The notes beneath the pieces are model-generated. The model was given only the letters and a program-made list of their open reading frames with translations. It searched no databases and was not told the DNA's origin. Both the position numbers and the translations under genes were made by a program. DNA of 64,000 bases from Octopus vulgaris (lineage: Eukaryota), in assembly GCA_951406725.2 (NCBI GenBank), contig OX597840.1, positions 19,158,001 to 19,222,000 of the forward strand. Direction: 5' to 3'. Within the stretch, counting starts at the first letter, position 1. Every line of letters starts with the position of its first letter. Shown piece after piece: positions 56,391-64,000 of this stretch.

Positions 56391-56955
56391 TAGTATAAAG
56401 AAGGTTTCTCTTTTGTTTTTCTTGTTGGCAAATGAAAAATAAAGCGAGATAAGTTTAATTTGCCAGTCAATGTCTGGATATGTAGTAAGCCTTGACAATC
56501 AAATAAAAGGGCGAAGAGAAAATAGACTTCTGTATTGATTATTGGATTTTAAGGGGCATAATCTTTTTGTTTTTATTTCTGCAAACAGTCTTAGTCAGAC
56601 ATCAGATAAAAGATTTTTAAATATATAGTGGCGCAGTGACTTGTTAACGAGTACAGAATTTGAAAGTAGATAAATTTGTTTTGGATGCAATGGAGGTCAA
56701 GGAGTAGAGTAAAGTCGGATCTGAGTGGTATACGTTGAGTTTGGACAGGACGGATGGAGAGTCGTTTGGACAAGACGGAGGGAGAGTCGTTTGGGAAGAA
56801 TGTTTGTTACTTTCCAAGTTGTGTAAAAGTTTGTATAATAGGGAGCGTGTGTGGAATGCAGTAGACAGAACAGTATTCACTATTAGCACTAAAAACCTAC
56901 CCACATTCTTATAAACAACTTCGTTCTTTTTCTCCATCTCTCTCTCTCTCCCCCC

Positions 56956-57004
<49 letters not shown>

Positions 57005-57080
57005 CACACACACACATACTTACATAGAACTCCTTTCATAGACACTTTATCTGCTAAGCACAATATATACATCAACATAT

Positions 57081-57140
<60 letters not shown>

Positions 57141-57906
57141 TATACATATATTCTCATACATATGCATTGTCGTACACGCGAAACCTTTCCGATATATTCA
57201 CGCGCATACACTCACACATGCACACATATTCACATACACTCATTCATTTAATGTATGTCTTCCTTTTAAACTACCACTAAGTTTCTTACTCGCTTCCTTT
57301 CTTTTTGTTTCTGTCTCCTTTTCTTTCTTTATGATGAAAGACTATCGTTCGAAACGTTTACTCTTACTTTTTACATCTGAACTAATTACTATATTCGTCA
57401 AGTATCCTGTATTGTTTTCCTTTTTAATAAGTATATTTCCTCTTCTACCGAAATGTAAGCGCTAACAAAAAACAAAACAATGAAACCATCTGATATACTT
57501 CTTTTCAGTTTCCTATCACAAACCACCACCATCACCACCATGGGTACAACTCCATGAGCTTTCAACACCTCCACATGCATTCACCTATCGAATCTGATCC
57601 CCGGACATTTGCAACCGTTGCATATATTTGCATATCTACATTTCAATTCCTTCTACTCAATCGTCATCACCATCACTAACATCATGATCATGATCATCAT
57701 CATCATCATAAGCATTCTCACAATCAACATCACTATCATCATAATCGTAAGCATCGTCACCGTCGTCATTATCATCAATATTAATGTTCCTGTTCTTACT
57801 TGCGCTAATCTGTCGTTCAAATGTTTTTTCTTTAGCGATTTTCAGTTTATTCGAAATACTTTTAGCTTTAAACAAACGGTGGTCATACACACACACACAC
57901 ACACAC

Positions 57907-57995
<89 letters not shown>

Positions 57996-58447
57996 AAATT
58001 ATTTTAAGACAAGAGTGAAAGAAAGCTAAACTTCCTTGTCAAATTTTAACATGCTTTCTGCCCGGCGGCAAATTCAAATATACGTATATAAAAAAAGAGG
58101 AAGATAGAAACGACTATTTCCTTGCATATTGAAAAAAATAGATGCCTTAATGAAACATCTATAATTCACCATGATACGAAGAAAGCTGTCAACGGGCGAG
58201 ACAAACACAATAATTTTTTTTAAATTACTGTGAGTTAATAGTGTGCTATAGTTTCGGGTGTAACTTACAAATTAAATTAATTAATTTTAAAAAAGTTAAT
58301 TTGATTTAAATTTGTCAAGTTTTAAGAAAACTATGAATAATATTTCGTCCCCAGCCATTCGAATTTCAGGGTATAACATTATACTAAAGCTAAACATCTT
58401 TATCAAGTTTCAACATACTTCTGCCTGGCGGCAAATTCAAGTATCCG

Positions 58448-58482
<35 letters not shown>

Positions 58483-58507
58483 CATGTATATATATATATA
58501 TATATCG

Positions 58508-58568
<61 letters not shown>

Positions 58569-58785
58569 CGTGTATATATATATATGTGTGTGTGTGTATA
58601 TATATATATGTATATATATGTGGAGGGGTAGTGTCTCACTATTTCCATTTTTAAACCTCTGTAACTTTCTTCACCAAATTTTTCTCCACAACATCATACC
58701 TTCAAAGTAATGACACGGGAAGGCTACATTATTATAACCGATTTTCAGATTTTTTACTGTCTTTTAAAAAATGCGTATATATATG

Positions 58786-59037
<252 letters not shown>

Positions 59038-59727
59038 TATGACGGGATTCTTTCAGTTTCCCCCTACCAAATCTTGATCGGCTCGAGGGTATAGTAGAAG
59101 ATACTTGCACAAGATGTCACGCCAGTGGGACTGCATCTGGAATCATGTGGTTAGGGAGGACGTTTCTTACTACACAATTACTCCTACTCCTAAATATGTA
59201 TGTGTGAGTGTGCATGTATGCATGCATGTATGTATGCATGTATGTATGTATGTATGTATGTATGTATGTATGTATGTATGTATGTATGTACGTATGTACG
59301 TGCGTATGTATGTATGTATTAGCTATGTTCTCGTTACTCAAACGCTGAAAGCAAACAACCATCAGCGATCTTTCAAGCAATGGCTGAGCTTACTAAATCT
59401 ACAAATGCTGTTTCTTACGAAGCCCTTCGCTGACAGTTCCTTGTCTTTCTTCTTGCTGTCACTTCATATCTATACGCAAACGTGTCTAGATAGAAATACA
59501 TGTCTGAATCTATACATGCACAAGCATTTATGCATTGATAAAACATGTTTCTATACATAAGCGCATAAGTGTGATTGCTGTGTAGGCTAACAGATGATCA
59601 GTACATTCGTAGCTAGCACGTATACATGCTTTATCTTCCACATGCATCTGCTGTCTTTCTCTGTATCATAGATTCTACCATATATATGCATGTGTGTGTG
59701 AGTGAGTGTATATGTATATATACACAA

Positions 59728-59760
<33 letters not shown>

Positions 59761-60328
59761 TGTATGTATGTATGTATGTACGTATGTATGTACGTATGTG
59801 TATATATGCATAACATGTATGTATTATATACTGTTTATGCATATATACATATGGATAGGGAAATATGAAGATAATTTTTTATGCATATGTATGTACATAT
59901 GTATATACATACAACTCCCCTCTCTCCTCTCTCTCTCTCTATTTCTCTCTGTCTCCCCTCCTCTCTCTCTCTCTCTCTCTCTTTGTACATATATATATAC
60001 ACAGATAGACAGATAGATAGATACATAGATACATAAATAGATAGATAGATATAGATATATATATATAAACATATGCATACACATCTACATAACATCTGTG
60101 TATAAATAAATATTTATATACATATGTATATTCTTATATATTTTGCCTGTGTATATATAGATATATATATACATATGTATATTTTAATCTACGTGTATAA
60201 TGTATAATATGAGCTCACACACATTCATATACAAACTCACATACACATTCGTATACATACGCGCACACATACACATATACACACAGACATATATAATATA
60301 GAATGTAATATGTGTGTGTGTGTATATG

Positions 60329-60376
<48 letters not shown>

Positions 60377-60790
60377 CATGTATGTATGTATGTATGTATG
60401 TATGTATGTATGTATGTATGTATGTATGTATGTATGTATGTATGTATGTATGAATGTATATATATATAATTGAAACTTACATGCACGTAGATATCTGCAT
60501 CACTAGTTCTGAAGTAATTCAAGTGAATAACATCGTCTTATCTTCGAAAGACTTTTCTTTCTTTCGTTTCCAGAACATTTCTGCATCATTTCACTAATTA
60601 ATTTAATCCATGTGACAATTCAATTGTTTATAAACCCACGTAGTTTCGTCTTTTGAAGCCCCACGAATTTGTGTGCATTTTGAATTTATTTTCAACTCTG
60701 CTAGTTATGTATCTGTGGGATAACACCATAACATATCTTGTAACCCGATTTCCTATGCGCCAAAGCGAAGAGTTAATTAACCCGACTTAG

Positions 60791-61225
60791 TTAGTTAATT
60801 TTTTGGCTCAAAAAGCAAAAAGCAAAACCATGTAGGGGGACATGGAGTTATGTACAGGGTGGTGTTCATGTAAAGAGTTCAGGCCACTTGTGATTAAGGG
60901 AGACTTTGAACCGAGCGGTCGTCAGCATCTTCACTATCTCGTCCAGCAGCTTGTTCCACGGATCCGCAACCCGGACGGAGAAAGCCCCTCTCCTTCGATT
61001 GAGATGAAATCGTCGCAGATAGAGCTTTTCGGAGTGACCCCACAGCCGACGCTCTGGAGCAGGAGTGAAGAACAGCTCTTTCGAGAAGTTGGTGCCTTCC
61101 TCTCAGATCGCTCCTTCCAAGTCCAAGTTAATGGTTCGCTGTCCGACGTCTCCAGTGCGAGCAGTGGCGTGCCTCAAGGTTCAGTGCTTGGGCCCTTATT
61201 GTTCTTAGTCTTCACAAATGACTTG
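60791..61225 (-). mobile_element. CR1-type LINE insertion with inverted 5' segment and 10-bp TSD
   Basis: Minus-strand 3' end (VRVADPWNKL..FK..; tail ..aattaactaa) at 60791-about 61086; plus-strand RT piece FLSDRSFQVQVNG..SGVPQGSVLGPLLFLVFTNDL at about 61087-61225; cccgacttag at 60781-60790 and 61226-61235. Confidence 0.85.
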
Positions 61226-61645
61226 CCCGACTTAGAGTCTGACTAAACGACGGTTTGGCGCATGCGTGCATGTATTTATCCAATCACCCGCCCATCTTCC
61301 TGCCCACATTTCCTGGGCTGGTCATGAAGATAGAATCCTCAGGAACCTCCTTAATAGGGTCCTATCAGAAGTTAATACCTTTCCTCTTTCCTCCTGCATT
61401 CCGAAACATGTACCAAATGAGACTATTTGTAGCATTCTTTTATCCTTTACTTGTTTCAGTCATTGGACTGCAGCCATTCTGCGACACCGCCTTTAAGAAT
61501 TTTAGTCGAACGAATCGATCCCTGAACTTAGTAATTTTGGAAAGCCTGGTATTTATTCTATCGGTCCCAAAATGACAAACGGGTATGTTACGGGCACGTG
61601 GACATATCAAGATCGGTTGTCAGTCGGTGGTGGGGGACAAAGATG

Positions 61646-61697
<52 letters not shown>

Positions 61698-61811
61698 TAC
61701 ACTCGCGCACACACACACTCACACACACACACGCACACACACACTCGCACACACACACTCGCACATACACACACACACTCGCGCACACACACGCACTCAC
61801 ACACACACACA

Positions 61812-61858
<47 letters not shown>

Positions 61859-61959
61859 TCGCACACACACACACTCGCGCACACACACACACACTCGCAC
61901 ACACACACAGGCACACACACACACACGCACACATATATTTATACAGAAATATCTCATAA

Positions 61960-62135
61960 TCCACATTTTGGTTGCATCTTGGAACTCCAAGTCCTTCACT
62001 TTCTCTTTTGTTGATGAGTTATTTAGTAGCAATCTCCCATTCTTGGATTGCAAATGCAAAGCCTTTGAAGTGTGATGTAATTTGGCGGTCATAAGTCCAA
62101 GAGGGACTTCGCTTCATGTCAATGTTTCTATCTTC
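61960..62135 (-). pseudogene. Possible PLE RT N-terminal remnant
   Basis: VPLG....TSKAL....[19 protein letters not shown] resembles the PLE region preceding the vSfDV motif; weak. Confidence 0.35.
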
Positions 62136-62861
62136 ATCAATTCTTCGAGAAATATATCGAAGCTGAACGTTTCAGCTCCAGGTCTTATTTGAAGTATGCT
62201 AGCCCGGTTGATTTGGGGTTGTATGGGAGATCATCAGGAGGATATTGTTTGTATGTATGTATTCATGTATGTATTTATGTGTGTGCATGTGCGTATGTCT
62301 GCTGTATATACGTATGTATGTATATATGCATGTTTGTATGTATGTATTCATGTATATATTTATGTGTGTGCATGTGCGTATGTCTGCTGTATATAGGTAT
62401 GTATGTATATATGCATGTTTGTATGTCATTATTCGATTTTATTTCAAGATTTCTTGCCAATGCACAAGGAGAAGGTTTCTAACTAAGATCCAAGGCTCCT
62501 TCATTGGAATCTCAACAACATCAACCGGATATTTTTGCACGTATTTGTGCACGTATGTGCAGTATTCTAAGTCAGTGCATGTGCAGATTTGCAGATTTTG
62601 TTTTATGTGCGTCTCCTCATACGTATAGTTGTCTCTTTAGACGTGTGTTAAATGATAAACTTCTCGAAAGTTTTATATAATTTAAAGATCTAGTGATGGC
62701 TTGGATCTATAGTCGTCGAATTAGCTTTCGCCTTTCCTGGTTTGAGAAGCATAATTTCTCAAGATTGGTATTTAGGCAGTGTGGTACACATCCCAGTGTA
62801 TGTATGTATTTATGTATCCATGTATATATGTATGCATATATGTATGTATATATGTATGCAG

Positions 62862-62892
<31 letters not shown>

Positions 62893-62949
62893 TGTATGTA
62901 TGTATGTATGTATGTATGTATGCATGCATGCATGCATGTATGTATGTAC

Positions 62950-63420
62950 GTAGAGAAATCTCGAGTTGCACATGAGAAAGTAAGGAGAGATGTCAGGAAG
63001 GGCATCGCTGTTACACTTCCAGAAGGGAAGGGTCTTCCTTTGATTCTGACATGCAATGTCGGTGCAAGACCCTGCCTTAGTAAAGCTGGACTCATGAGTC
63101 ATCTTCGTAGTCATAAAACGAGACAGATGAGTGACAACCTGGCCACTATTGGTGGTGTAACACACCATACTAATCATATCTGTCGGGCATGTGGAAGAGA
63201 GTGTAATTCAGCAGGAGGACTTAAACGACATGCAAAGGTACATGAAGCCCAGTTACAACTACAGCCGACTATTACCAGTAAAGGTTTTAGTTGCCAATGT
63301 TGTACAAGACATTGTAGATCTTTAGCTGGGCTAAAAAGTCACATTCGATCACAGCACCAGTAACAGTTAAGCTTCGTGCAATGGCCATACTCGATAACGA
63401 GGGGGCAGCCATGATGTATG
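62950..63420 (+). mobile_element. RTE-type LINE 3' end with three C2H2-like fingers, inserted in (TATG)n
   Basis: EKSRVAHEKVRRDVRK..CNVGARPCLSKAGLMSHLRSH..CRACGRECNSAGGLKRHAKVH..CQCCTRHCRSLAGLKSHIRSQH*; short 3' UTR ending in gatgtatg repeats. Confidence 0.75.
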
Positions 63421-64000
63421 TTTGTATGTCTATCTTTCTCTTCTTAATTTAGAATAAATTTTGGCCGGCCTCCCGCTTGACAGCAAGCTTGTGAAGAAAA
63501 GCGTCTCGTTTTAACCATGATCCAATCAATCTGAAGAAAATCTTGCAGATAGTCCTAGATATCGTCATCATGTATAGTACGTTTGTTTGTCTGTATGTAT
63601 GCGTATGTACATAAATGTGTGTACCATAAAGACTGTTAACCACCATCAACATTAATGCACCACCGCAACTACCATTCCAGGGATCGTCATCACCACAACA
63701 ATGACTGTTTCTCTTGTTACCATAACAACATAGTAATCACTACACTAGCTACTATGCTTATCATAAACGTCGTCGTTACATTTACTGCCACTACCACTAC
63801 CAAAATTAGCAGTACCACAACTGTAACAGTCACAAACATCGTCAGCACAACCATCTCCTCTACCGACACAACCCAACCACAAAAAGCGACACCACAGTCA
63901 CTGCAAAATCCGCCACAACCACCATCGCACCCCACCATCCCCACCATCACGCTACAACAAATAGACAAATAACACCACTGTCATACAGCCATCGCCACCA

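Noticed and set aside
57325-57362. Hammerhead (ATGATGA..GAAA-cg-TT)
   Set aside because: C3 lost and no stem I pairing; at best a relic.
62779-63363. Host C2H2 zinc-finger gene
   Set aside because: Start lies in (TATG)n, no Kruppel linkers, and a LINE-like C-terminus and tail.

Overview
AT-rich, microsatellite-saturated metazoan intergenic or intronic DNA. The SINE families and simple-repeat load look like an octopus genome (inference). I can support no intact host protein-coding gene; almost all ORF-track entries are translated microsatellites. Recognisable content is decayed mobile DNA: Penelope-like retroelements (PLEs; RT + GIY-YIG), Dong/R4-type pieces in (TAA)n, Tx1/L1, CR1-type and RTE LINE pieces, a CsRn1/Kabuki-type Ty3/Gypsy fragment, Tc1/mariner fragments and MITEs, and several tRNA-derived SINE families. 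The main hidden signal is a set of about ten type I hammerhead-ribozyme (HHR) motifs from several unrelated sequence families. Most have a palindromic stem III and several have a compensatory U3-A8 core. Most lie in non-coding fold-back cassettes (two outward-pointing inverted arms) next to (TA)n, the same geometry as the inverted pseudo-LTR of the coding PLE at 82-2440. Also notable: an unexplained 8-unit degenerate array at 45.5-46.6 kb, (TA)n-centred fold-back duplications, a twin-priming-like CR1 insertion with a TSD, and a SINE whose tail matches the Tx1 LINE 3' end. All structures were folded by eye; no database search or folding program was run.
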